Below, piece after piece: positions 14,282 to 26,289 of a stretch of 64,000 nt of DNA. The stretch's first letter is position 1. Each line of letters starts with the position of its first letter. Position numbers and translations under genes: made by a program. The notes beneath the pieces were generated by a model. That model saw only the letters and a list, made by a program, of their open reading frames with translations, made no database searches and was not told the DNA's origin. This DNA is from Selaginella moellendorffii (Eukaryota > Plantae > Lycopodiophyta): positions 333,569-397,568 of the forward strand of contig NW_003314342.1 in the NCBI RefSeq assembly GCF_000143415.4, written 5' to 3'.

Positions 14282-16806
14282 CTAGTCAAACAAAACCTTC
14301 TTTAATCGCTTCACTGCATCGAGGGCCGTCCTGTTTGTAGGCTCCAAGACGAGAGCTTGCCGAAAATCTATCAAGAAAAACCATAGTAAATGGAAGCATG
14401 AGCACCGACGAGCTAAAAAAATCGCGGGAAAACAAAGATACCGTCGTGCGCTTCGTGGTAAGAGCCCAGAGCTTCCCTTGCAGTGCCTCTTCTAAGATAC
14501 GCTTTAACATTCTGTAACACACGTACACGCAAATGCCATGAGTGCTTATAGATAAGAACACACAAACTTTGACAAATGCGTACCTTCTTGTCCAGATCAA
14601 TGGCCTTGCTGCAATCCTCCTCAACTTGTAGGAAGCTGCAGCCAATAAAAAATAAACAGATTACACGTCCTCAGCTTGCCGGCCAAATGTTGAAAAAGAA
14701 AAACGTAAAAAAGAGACTTTTTCTCTCTTTTACCTGCACATCGAGAGATGAGCAACAGCCCTGTTGTTGTAGTACGTGCTGTTCAAAGGATCTAAGCGAA
14801 TAGCTTCCGAGTAATGGCTGACAGCCTTGTGGTAGTCCTTGTTCTTGAAAGCGAGATTTCCCTGCAATGCAACGCAAAGGTCAGTTGAGACTATCTATAC
14901 TATAGAGAGGTGGCGTACGAAAGTACCTTCTCTTTCGCGGCTTCCGCGGCGTTTGTTTTCGCGTTAACTAGCGGCAGCGCACTGTTTTTGAGGTCCTCTT
15001 TCACCATGACATGCAGTGCAAGGACCGCATCAAGTAAAAAGCGATCACCACCTTGTCTTGCCATTACCGAGAATGCAAGAGGCGCATCGTCAAAAGTCCC
15101 TACGGGCATCGACACCTAGGAAGGAAAACGAAGTTTAAGTCTGCATAAACGGAGGACCACACAGCCTCACCTGACAGCAGCCGGACATCCCAGCAATCGC
15201 AAGCAACGCAAATGCTTTTTCACGATAGTCATCCAGCGCTTTTCCCTTCGTGTTTAGCTTTGGTGGTGGACCAGGAGTTGTGGGAAGCACAAGTAGAACA
15301 TCGTCCTGCAAAGCCACCTTGGCGTCAACAAATGCGATAAACAACATGATATACTTGCCTTCATAAGCTCGCTCATTGCAGCGAACACTTCAGCCTTCAC
15401 ACTCATAGCAAGAACAATTTCCTCTGCAGTGGTCTTCAATGCGGCTCTTACTCTTTCGAGAATACCAGGTCCCAGATCTGGGTTCACTCCGCTCAGCCAA
15501 GCTTCATGATTTGTCTTGAATTCAAACCTGAGATGGCAAGCAATAAATGAAGCAGTTGCAAGAAAACAGTACCTCTGTATCAAACTGAGAGCTTTCGATA
15601 ATCCTACAAGTGGAGAAGACGCTGTTTCATCGCAAAAGGCCTGCAGGCTGGGTGACTTGCTTAGGAGATATGGGCCAATATCCATGTTAGACATTGTTTT
15701 TTCTGCAAAACGCGCCGAAGTCGGTTCTCTAATATGAGTAAACACAACCACTTACTACCAAGCACCCGTTCAAAGCATCGGGCAACGACCGCCTTGGTTC
15801 GCTCCGGAGGAGCAGAGCTGAGGCTAAAGCAGTCATCTGCCATGATCACCCTTTGTGGCTGTCTGGGTTCCATGAATGGTTGCTGCAGCAAAGCGTAGCC
15901 AACTTGTCGAAGAACATTCGGCTCCTTTGCAAACCATCCTGACATTACAGAATCAAGACATATAACATGAACTTAGAAAAAAAGGCCTACCAACGGTATC
16001 AAAGCTCTGAGCCATCGGAATAACTCCAGACGTCGAGATCGTTCCATGCGAAGGTCGGAACCCGATGATGCCACAGAAGGCAGCAGGAACTCTCACACTT
16101 CCGCCAGTATCAGTTCCTAGACAAACATACCTGCTTAAGCTAAGACGATTTAAACATCTTTAACTCACCTAGAGCAAAATCAACTAGGCCAGCAGCCACG
16201 GCCACAGCAGAACCGCTAGAAGACCCACCCGGGACTCTGTTCGGTGATGCAGGATTGATAGGTGTTCCATAATGCTTGTTCTCGCCATTGATACTGCGAA
16301 TTGAAACTGTGTAAGCACCTAGTTCTCATGAAAAAGAATCACCTGTAAGCTAGCTCATCCATATGCGTCTTTCCAATGCACGCCGCTCCAGCACGAACAA
16401 GGAGCTGAACAACGAAAGCGGTTTGTGTCGCGGGTCCATGGGTCTTGAGCCAGTCGGGGTTTCCAAAACCCGTGATAAACCCCTCGATATCAAAACTGGA
16501 AAGAACACACGCACAAGAAAGCTTTGTGAGGAACTAGTTTCGCAGCACAACTAAGAGAAGAACATACATGTCCTTGACGGCGAAAGTGAGCCCGGCGAGC
16601 GGCGGCGGAGCTCTGGGAGGCGGCGGGGCTGGCGGCGGATTGAGCTCCAGGTACTGGATGAATGCCCCGTTGCCGGCGCGGACGCCCTTTCGCTGGCGCC
16701 GGGAGAAGATGAGCAATCCGGCAATGCCAATTCCCACAAGCACCAGCAGGTTTGTGGAAGTGGACATCGCCCGCGGCGAAAAGGATTTCCAGCTCTCCGC
16801 GCTCAT
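14282..16806 (-). CDS. TOC64: TOC64/OM64-type protein: N-terminal membrane anchor, amidase-signature domain, C-terminal TPR
   Basis: [16 protein letters not shown] anchor, [59 protein letters not shown] exons ending [28 protein letters not shown]. Start is ATG 16806 or 16767. Confidence 0.92.
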
Positions 16807-16980
16807 ACAGGCATGCTTTTCTCGTCAATCGCCAAGAGACCTCCCCTCTCACCTGGAGAATCGTCTTTCCCCTAAAACCCTAGCAATCTCTCACTGCCGC
16901 CATACCTAAGAACCAGGAGAGTGAAAATATCTCTCGCCAGACAAATTTCCCTTCATTACATGCCCTATAGAAAAACGGGA

Positions 16981-17056
16981 AATATTCCTTGATACCCTCA
17001 AGAACCCTAAGTCGCTCGCCCGGAGAATATTCTTTGATACCCCTCAAGAGCCCTAA
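16981..17056. repeat. Two-copy direct repeat of about 30 bp with a telo-box-like end
   Basis: aatattccttgataccctcaagaaccctaa (16981-17010) and aatattctttgatacccctcaagagccctaa (17026-17056). Confidence 0.8.
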
Positions 17057-17129
17057 CTCTAGAAAACCAAGAAAGACAAATATTTACAGCGTCTCACTTG
17101 CGCCGATCGATCGATCGATCGATTCACGA

Positions 17130-17741
17130 TCAGACCTGCGCAGCGGCGGGAGGATTATCAGCCGCGGCATCGCCATCCTCGCTCTTGGTCCCCGTCGGAG
17201 CATCGTTGCTCTTGATCAAGCCGCCGCCGCCGCCAGCGCCATCGCTCTCCTCTGGATATCTCACCACCACCACCGGGCAGACGCAGTGCTGGACGCAGTA
17301 ATCGCTGACGCTGCCCAGCCGCCCCTTCCTGGCGGGCGGCTTGGAAGCCCCAAATCCCCGGCTGCCCAAGATGAGGGCATTCACGCCCAGGCGCTCCACC
17401 TCGAGGCACAGCCGCTCCTTCATGTCGTGGTCCTTGACAATGTGGATTTTGTGTGGGAGCTTGGATTCCAGCAGCGGCCGCGCCAGATCCAGGCTCTTGG
17501 ACGACGTGAATGCGTCGAAATCGTCTTCCATCTTCTGCTGGGATTCCTCGTCGTCGAAGGACACGGCGTGGTCGACCACGCCCCAATCGGCGCCATAGAG
17601 AACGCTGGTGGGGCGGACATGAAGGAGGATCACGCTATCGCCCGGGCGGAGATAGTTCTCCACCGCCCACCGCACGGCATACGCACTCTCATCGCTCAAA
17701 TCCACCGCGATTGCGATCTTCCTCTGCCCGGTGCTCGCCAT
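17130..17741 (-). CDS. Universal stress protein (UspA domain, PHOS32/PHOS34-like)
   Basis: RKIAIAVDLSDESAYAVRWAVENYLRPGD...HIVKDHDMKERLCLEVERLG..ILGSRGFGA..LGSVSDYCVQHCVCPVVVVR. Confidence 0.95.
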   Translation of the reverse strand: MASTGQRKIAIAVDLSDESAYAVRWAVENYLRPGDSVILLHVRPTSVLYGADWGVVDHAVSFDDEESQQKMEDDFDAFTSSKSLDLARPLLESKLPHKIHIVKDHDMKERLCLEVERLGVNALILGSRGFGASKPPARKGRLGSVSDYCVQHCVCPVVVVRYPEESDGAGGGGGLIKSNDAPTGTKSEDGDAAADNPPAAAQV

Positions 17742-17871
17742 ACTCCCTCCAATCCAACCCTAGCTCTAGAGAATTCCTAGATCTTGCTCACACTTCCATG
17801 AATGCCATATCCAAATCCCTAGGTTTAGGGTTCTAGGGAAAGCGCAATATATTTTGCTCGTTTGCTCGGCT

Positions 17872-18351
17872 ATGGCGGAGGAGGGGAGCGGCGGCAGCAG
17901 GGGCAGGATGGTCGATTCCGTCGGGAGGCCAATCGCAAAGCCTCGCCCTCACCGCTGCGACGATCGGCTCGAGGACTTCATCAATGTGCGTAAGCTGCTG
18001 CCCGCATTCTCGCTTGTCAGGGTTTTCTTCTGCTTCTTCTTTCACGATTTTAGCTCTTCTTTGTTGCATTGTGGTGATCAGTCGCTTTTTGAGGGCTGGA
18101 GCTGTGTGCCTGGGCGTGCAAAACTTTGGTGGCGATGCATGCGCTCTGAGCCTGGGTATTTTCTCGATCTCTAGTGCTGTCTTTTTTTCTCTGTTTTTTC
18201 TTCTGTGATGAATGTGATAAGCTTGCAGTCAAGAGCCAGATGATCCTTACGTTTACCACGAACCGAAGCAGCGTAAATTTTTTCTTTCTTCATTTTCTTT
18301 TGAACCGTCTTGACATTGTTGCTTTCTTCTTATGGTTTTGCAGGTAAATAG
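17872..18351 (+). CDS. Small 79-aa plant protein resembling the At3g52230 family; exons 17872-17985, 18082-18155, 18229-18272, 18344-18351
   Basis: Manual GT-AG splicing with consistent phases gives MAEEGSGGSRGRMVDSVGRPIAKPRPHRCDDRLEDFINSLFEGWSCVPGRAKLWWRCMRSEPGQEPDDPYVYHEPKQRK*. The SLFEG..VPG..KL..RCMRS.PG.EP pattern matches that family from memory; no search was run. Confidence 0.7.
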
Positions 18352-18379
18352 TAGATCACAATGTCAGCTTTAGTAGAAG

Positions 18380-21300
18380 ATGACGCAAATGATAGAAGTT
18401 TGGCCAACAAAGACGATTCTACGAGCTTGTAGCTACAAGAATCGGCGCTGCATGAGCTCGGTGTCGTTAGTCGCACACCGCAGGTCTCTACTCTTTAGTG
18501 GTTTTGGAGAGTTTAGATGTAGTTCCCCAAAATTGTGGTGGCTATCTGCGACGCTTGCTGGTTAGTACATCATTTTTACTTTGACAGGTCATAACCAGTT
18601 CTTTATCCAGGGCGTAGCTGCCGGTTTTGTACTTCGTCAGGTGATTCATCGAATGCATTCGTAAGTCCTATTATTTTTTCTTTTTTTTTGTAAGAGAATT
18701 TCTTTCACAGAAGATCGACGATTCGAAGCTTGTGAAAGCTATTGTCTACGAGGCTACAAAGGGCTTTTGCAATTCCGCTGGGAGTACAAGAAAGTAAATT
18801 GTTCTTTCTTTGTTTTTCTGATCTCTTACTTACTTCCAGGTTTAGCGACTTTCTACGATCGCAGCTTTCAATACATGCTGAGAGAGGAGAAAGAGACTTG
18901 AAAAGTTTTGAAGTCATTCAAAATTTGGCCCAAGATGCTCAGTCTTACGGTCAAATGGACTGTGAGCAGAGAATTCAACTCCTTGACAGGGTATTTCACT
19001 TGAAAACTATGATGTTTTGAGTGAATGTGAATGTACAGGTCGCGCAGATCCAGGGGTTTTCTTGCGCCAGAGATATTGTTGATCACGAGATTGCAGTGGT
19101 CGAAGCTTCTCAAGATCTTACTCATGAGAACTGCGTGAAAAGGGATGAAGGTATTTCATCTTCCCAAGCTTTAACTGAGAACCCTTCGATTGTGTATGGA
19201 AGCAGTGAGCCAGTTGATCTTTTTAGCTCAAAAAAGATCGTGGTTCGCCCAGCGAAGCAAAAGCCGGATGTTAACAAAGCTATACAAAGTTCAAGCAAAT
19301 CACTACTGGATGTCGAGTTACCTCCAAGCAAAGAACAAAGCCAGCCATCGCCATCCCAACGTACTAAGGGCGTGTCCAGTTTGCTATATCAGGCCTCAGA
19401 GACCAGAAGTATTGATACAGAGAACGAGAGATGGAAACTGGACACGCTAATAAGCGACATGAAATGCTTCACGCCATATCAACGATCGCAGCTACAAGAA
19501 AACGGCTTTTACACGGTAAACGTCGCATTCTCCTCGAAAGTGTCTTACATGTTTTTTTTTAGGCTCGTAGTCTACTCAACCATTTTCCTCGTGCTCATGT
19601 GAGCTTTGAAAGCCCCACCGACACTTTGGAGGATGGACAATCTGTGGCATTGTTTGGGACAATTGTTATGACCAGGTAAAACTATTGTGACACGTCTTCA
19701 AAAACTTACTACCGGACACATTTCTGCAGGGCCTCGAAAATCAAAGACACTCTGGCTATGCTTGAAGTCATTGTGAACTGTAAGATTGCCCAGGAATGCC
19801 TAAGGCCTTGTGATGACGAAGTTGATGAAAATACCGTATTCCTGCACATCAAGAGGTTCTTTCAAGGCCCACGTTTTACATCGAGCTGGTTTTTGAACAA
19901 AACGGCCTCGGGTTACCCTGAAGGTTCCAAAGCAGCAGTTAGTGGCAAGGTATTGCATCGCACACTTTGATATTGCTTAACAGTTTCTTCTCACCTTACA
20001 GGTGAAAGCGATGAATAGAAAATCTCACTTTTTGCTAAAAGAGTATGCGGTTAAAGTTATTGAGGGCGAGGATTTTGACCAGCTTCGAAACGACGGAGAA
20101 GCATATCCTGTGTACTCATCGAAGGGTCTTTTAAATCCGAAGAAGATACAAGCGTTTATACAGAGGTAATTAACGCAAACCAGTGCAGCTGATTTTTGAA
20201 AGCTACATAGGTTGCTGAAAGGATTACCGACGGATATAGATCCTCTTCCCACTGAAATGCGAGACAAGTACGATCTTCTGAGTATAGAACAGGTTTTTCT
20301 TTATTAACTTTGTTGTTTCTACTTACATGCCTCCATTTCAGGCCTATTCCACCCTTCATCAGCCTACTAATCTCCAAGGGGCAAATGTAGCTAGGCGAAG
20401 AATCGTGTTTGACGACTACTTCTATCTTCAGGTCTAGTAAGATTCTAGTGAACCATGAGGCTGATGATCATATATATCTTACAGTTGGCGTTTCTTCTTC
20501 AAAGAAACTGCTTGAGAGGAAGTACCGTAAACAATGAGCTGGAAATGGATAAGTGGTCATCTCTAAGTCTGAAAGTCTTGAATGCGCTTCCTTTCAAGTT
20601 GACTGCTGGGCAGATCAAGGCTGCCTCTGAGATCATGTGGGATTTGCGTCAGCAAGCTCCAATGAGCCGTCTCTTACAGGTGCATATTTTGTTCCTTGCT
20701 TTGGTATGCTTCTGACTTCACGTTCATTGCAGGGAGATGTTGGCTGTGGGAAGACTATAGTGGCATTTCTCGCACTTCTTGACGTGGTCAGTTCAGGATA
20801 CCAGGTATGTTTCATGAAATTCGTCACCTTTCTATACTAATACCGTATCGCGCAGGCAGCTCTTATGGCACCCACGGATTTTGTAGTCTCGCAACATTAC
20901 AAACAGTTCCTGTCCTGGCTTGAAGTGCTGGATGAGAAGGATAGACCAAAGATAGCGCTTCTTTCCGGGTCTTTAAGTGCGGGTGAAGCTCGTCTAGTCC
21001 GAGAAGTGAGATTTACTCAAAGCGTTTATTTTTCTGCTTATTACATTTCTTTTCCTTCCAGGGTATCGCCAACAGAGAAATCTCTCTAATTCTCGGTACG
21101 CACGCTCTTATATCCAATTCGACTAATTTCCCGGCGCTGGGACTGGCTGTTATTGACGAGCAGCATAGGTTTGGTGTTGGACAGAGAGATCGTTTGAAAA
21201 CGGTACGCATTTTCTTAAATGAAGGCTGATCTTCTGAGATAGCGTTGTTGACAGGCACACGCTTCTGAGGCCGTCGAGCCGGACCTGGACGATGCTGATC

Positions 21301-22309
21301 TGGAAAGAGCGAGACTGGCGAGCACTACGCATGTTTTGCTCATGTCTGCTACGCCGATTCCTCGTTCACTTGCCTTAACGTGTCATGGAGACATGAGTTT
21401 GAGCCAGGTCTGTGCTCGTTTCCTTCTCACGCTTTTGCTTACTTCCATTCGTGTAGATTAATGAGATACCCCCGGGAAGGCAGCCTGTAGACACTTATGT
21501 TCTTCCAGATGACGAAGGAGGACGCAGGAGAGCTTACGAGGTAATAGTAGGAGCACTGCGATGAATCTGTCTGACAAGTGTTTTGCAGCTGGTGAGGGCA
21601 GAGCTCGAGAATGGAGGCAGGGCCTTTTTCGTTTATCCTCTCATCAACGAATCAAGCTCTTTCGAGCACCAGCGAGCCGCCGTCACCGAGTTCGACAAGG
21701 TTGTGAAGGAATTCAAAGACTACAAGTGCGCGCTCGCGCACGGCCGGATGAAGCCAGACCTGCGCAACCAAGAACTGAAACGGTTTCGGGAGGGAGAATG
21801 CCAGATCCTGGTGGCGACCAAGGTGGTGGAGGTTGGCATCGACGTTCCAGAGGCGACCGTGATGCTGATAGAGTCGGCAGAGGGCTATGGCCTGGCGCAG
21901 CTCCACCAGCTAAGAGGCCGGGTGGGACGAGGGACGAGGAAATCCTTTTGCATACTTCTTACGTGCTGCGATACGGCCGTGGAGCGACTCAAGCTACTTG
22001 AGAGCACCACCGATGGGTTCCGGCTGGCGGAAGAGGACTTGAAGATGCGAGGGCCGGGTGATTTGCTCGGGAAAAGGCAGTCAGGAACACACTTGGAGTT
22101 CGTGCTGGCTCGCCTGGGCGAAGACAACGATATATTGCTGCAAGCCAGGGCCGCTGCCGAGGTATGTAGTTATGTGCTTTTGAGAGACTCTCCATGCCTT
22201 TTTTGCTCGTGGTTGGCAGGAATTACTGGAAACTGATAAGAATCTGGAGAGCCATTCCAAGGTCAAGCATGAGATCAACATCAGGCAGCTGCCCAAGTCT
22301 TGGAGCTAG
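18380..22309 (+). CDS. RECG1: Organellar ATP-dependent DNA helicase RecG homolog, multi-exon
   Basis: Arg/Ser-rich transit-like N-terminus, LVKAIVYEATKGFCN..FSDFL (cyanobacterial-type RecG N-terminal segment), LPFKLTAGQ, MSRLLQGDVGCGKT, VIDEQHRFGVGQR, MSATPIPRSL, GLAQLHQLRGRVGRG, DGFRLAEEDLKMRGPGDLLGKRQSG. Stop at 22307-22309. Start could be ATG 18380, 18389 or 18452. Confidence 0.93.
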
Positions 22310-23065
22310 AAAAACGAATCGATTTATATTATATAGAAAACACTTTTGTCCAATAAAGATTACGTTCCATTGTTTGGAGATTAAGCTTTCAGGCTCGTAT
22401 GTTATACCCTGCAAGGTATCGAGGCATTATTTTCTGATGTCCTACGGTTTTATGTTTCTCGATAATGAGGATATAAAAGAGAAGATGGTAGCTTGTTTTG
22501 GTTGGCTTCTCACGTTTCGGTTGAGGTAAAAGAAGCTGCTGCAAAAGTTTCTCAATTCATGAAACGGAGCGTGAGAACAATGCTTTCTAATGTTTTTATT
22601 GTTTCAAGAAAAGATATTCCCCAGCGACTGCTTTTATATGTTAGGCATAGAAAAGGGGAAAATCGTCTTTCATCCTACCTACGTGATGCTGAGAGCGTGC
22701 GTTGTTCAGAAACCTGTCCCAACAAGGTTCTCATCAACAACGAACCGGGTCGTGGAAGTACCAGGATGAAGGGGTTTTCAATATTTTATGCTACGTTATC
22801 TGCTGGTACCTGATCAGGACGACTTGTATGGTCTATCCACTGTCCCTGTAGTAAAAGTTCCTTTCTTTCGCTACAAGGTGGAAGCTCAGGCCCGAGACAT
22901 ATGCACAGGAGCCGGAGATTCCTCACAAACTTGATCGTCAAATGTTTTTCTTGGCTGGCAGAGGCTCACTCTCCAGGGTAACGATTTCCGGGGGCGAAAG
23001 AGAGCTTTCCACGAGCTCACTTCCCTCGTCTATCCTCTACTTAGAATTAAGACACTGTAGACTTA

Positions 23066-23448
23066 GTAGAACCGAGGGAATATTCCATTTGCCGCCACAT
23101 CAGTATTAAAGCACTAGCGCGTAAAAAACATAAGGAAGTGAAGTGAAGAAGAATAAAGGATGCCTCGACGAAGAATTCCTTGACGAAGTGCTCTAGATCG
23201 TGTGAACGAGCAGCTTCGAGTACGAAGGGAAGCAAGGGAGCATCATCAAGCAACCATGGGTATTCCATGTCCCCACTGTGGGCAGCGGTTTTACTCGTTC
23301 ACACGATCCTAGAGGAATTCTTTGTCAAGGCATCCTTTATTCTTGTTCACTCCACTTCCTTACATACGATGATCGACCGTAGTGCTAGTGGTTGGGTCGT
23401 GACCCTAATACTGATGTGGCGGCAAATGGAATATTCCCTCGGTTCTAC
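23066..23448. repeat. Long inverted repeat / foldback (arms about 23066-23180 and 23313-23448)
   Basis: The outer 43 nt are a perfect reverse complement (gtagaaccgagggaatattccatttgccgccacatcagtatta). Similarity continues inward through aagaataaaggatgcct..aagaattcct. Spacer is about 130 nt. Confidence 0.92.
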
Positions 23449-23722
23449 ACTACTCGAGCCCGATGTCCGAACGTAACTTAACGCAACATCAGCTAGGATC
23501 GAAGCACTCGTCTGACTTGCTCACATAAATCACTCTGCATTAACTTCCTAAGATTGGAAGATTGAACCTTCTTGTTTTGATTTGATAAAATTCCTTTAAT
23601 GTTTTGAGCCGCTCGCCAATCGCCCACGTCCGCCCTGAAATGCTGCACAAAAAATCTCGTGTTGATCAAAGGGAATAACCCAACGTTAACATCGCTCTCG
23701 TTCTCGTAATTTGTGTAAGGGG

Positions 23723-25860
23723 ATGGAGGAGGAGGATGAGCGCAATGCGGGTGGCGCCGGTGCCAGCCGGATGGTAGCTAGCACAACCGAACGAAGAGGA
23801 GCTGGCGGGAGAGGAGGCCCAGGTGATCAGCTCAGGAGGCCAAAGATCGAGCTGATGCCTCCCGATTTCCTCGATTTTTTTCCCATCAGGAACGAGGCGC
23901 TGGAGATTACGACGGTTCCAGCGTGCAAACGTTTCTTCATTCCAATGCAACAAGCCACAAATGGGCTTTGGGCGGTACTTCACAAAAACATCTTGTTATA
24001 TGAGATCTTGCTCCTTTCTCAGTGATAGCGGAGCTGCTTGACAATGCGCTTGACGAGGCACCAAATGGAGCAACGTAAATGTTCTCAAGAATCCGGTTGA
24101 TGGCTCGCCGATGCTTCTATTTGAAGGTTTGGAAGATTGTGTTTTTTCTTTTCTTTTTTTTGTTTCCTTTCTTGCGAGCAACACTCCATTTATCAATTCA
24201 GATAATGGTGGACGAATCACCCAGGATCGTATGCATGTCTTTTGGGTATTCTTCAAAGGATAAAGATGACTGCATGATTGGACAATGTATGTCATGCTCT
24301 CTTTCTTGTTTCTTCTTTCTTATTTACTTTGGAAATCTGTTATTAGATGGAAACGGTTTTAAGACGAGCACTACGCGCCTTGGTGCAGATGTCATTGTTT
24401 TTTCAAAATCAAAAGCTAAAAGAGGCAAGAGGTATAAGACTTGGTTGTTAGAATTTTGCAAGAGCCTATTTTATGTTACATCTCTTATAGCTTCCTCTGT
24501 GATACAATGCAACAAGATGTCATAGTTCCTACGGTACACAACAGAGAAAATTCCATATATTCTATGTATTGTGAATTCACTTTGTTCCTAATTTCTGCTA
24601 GATTATGAAGAGCATGGCGGTGAGTTGAGAGAGGTCCAAAGAGGTACACATCAGGATTGGAAATGTCACATGAACACAATCACGAAATGGAGTCCTTATC
24701 AATCTGAAGAATCCATTCGCACTCCAGACTAGCAATCTTAAGTTATGTGTCTATATGATTCCAGTTCAAGAAAATCAAAGACCAAGGCACTAGAATTATC
24801 ATCTACAATCTCTGGGAGGATGAGCAGCAGCGGCTAGAGTTGGACTTTGAATCAGATCCTCTCAAGTATGCTTTGAATTTTTTTCAATGGTTTACTTTGC
24901 TCAAGGATATTCAAATTAGGGGTGGCGGAGAACTGCTTATATGGCGGAAAAATATCCCAGTGCAAAACATGTCTTTCTGTACCAATATTCTCTAATGGTG
25001 AGAATGAATATTTCCACTTACTGACATTTATTCATTCATTTTAATTTGCAGATATATGCGTCAATTTTGTACCTACATCTGCCAAATAATTTCAAGATCA
25101 CCCTTTGGAACCAAGAGATTTTACACCATAATACTTTGAATGATTTAACACATATTGAAGAGGTGGTTTACAAGCCAAAGGATGGACAATATGTAAGTGC
25201 TTCCTTTTTTTTTGTTCTTTGAAAATTTATGTCTTTTTGGGGTGTAGATGTCTGCAATAGTACACCTTTGGTTTTTGAAGGATGCTATCCAGCACCTAAA
25301 TGTGCAAGGATTCAATGTTTATCACAAAAATTGGCTTATAAAGGTAGTCAATGGTTCTAAACATTCTTTTTCTCATTTAATCTGTAACAGCGTTTCTGGA
25401 GAATATGGAATTCATCAGGCAGCCAAGGACAAGGTGTCATTGGCAAGTTTTACTACTGTCATTTTAGTCTTAGTCTTTTTTACATTCTTTTGCTGGTTTA
25501 GGAGATTTGGAAGCAAAATTTTGTAGAACCTGCTCATGATAAACAAGGATTTGAATGGACACCTGTCCTTCAACAACTAGAGCATCGTCTACAACAAATG
25601 CAAAGAAAGTTTTGGTTAGTGTTCTCCTTTTCTGCATATTTACTATTGTAATGGTTTTCTACACAGGATAATAACTGTCAAAAAGTGGGATATCTAGGAC
25701 CACTTGCTACGGCTGCCTCTAGGAAAAGGAAGATGATGCATGAAGTACAGCAACCTCAGAATGCAGAGCGAGGTGATGGCCTGCAAGGTCATCCACTCAA
25801 CTAAGATGACACTTGGGTGCTGGAGGAGAAGAGGGGAGAAATTCAGTGAGAATGGAAGGA
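23723..25860 (+). pseudogene. MORC: MICRORCHIDIA (MORC, GHKL ATPase + S5 domain) pseudogene with introns retained
   Basis: Collinear exon peptides FLHSNATSHKWALG, IAELLDNALDE, CMSFGYSSK..IGQYGNGFKTSTTRLGADVIVFS, GTRIIIYNLWEDEQQRLELDF, YASILYL, VQGFNVYHKN, FWRIWNSSGS, FVEPAHDKQGFE. In-frame TAA at 24076-24078 and frameshifts near 25135 and 25515. Confidence 0.9.
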
Positions 25861-26289
25861 TGCTAAAACGTTCTTCTTTTGTTTGAATACACTCTAGATG
25901 AGACAAAGATTTGCATTGTGGCACATCTCATTCCACCCTGAGATGGTATTGTCAAATGCATGGCAGAAGGACATACTCAGTCTCAGTAGTTGCCATATAG
26001 GATTCATGTTAAAGAAGAGACACCAATTCCATATTAGAATGATGTTTTTCATTCCAGAGAACTATCAAGACTCCAAAAGTCAAGGATCATAAGCTGAGGG
26101 ACTTAGAGCAAGAGACAGTTATAGTTACCTGGAGAGGCGGGAGGAAGCCGGAAGTGCACAGCTAGAAGGGGTCACTCAAGCCCAGGAGCTGGTACTAGCA
26201 TATTCCAAGCTTTTTCAACGAGCAACTTCCATCCTTGAACCTGTGACAAATATGCCCCTGAAGCTGAGTTGACGGCTATAGCCATGGTT

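Noticed and set aside
18380-22309. RecG as bacterial contamination or recent horizontal transfer
   Set aside because: It has many spliceosomal introns and a transit-like N-terminus; nuclear-encoded organellar RECG is established in plants.
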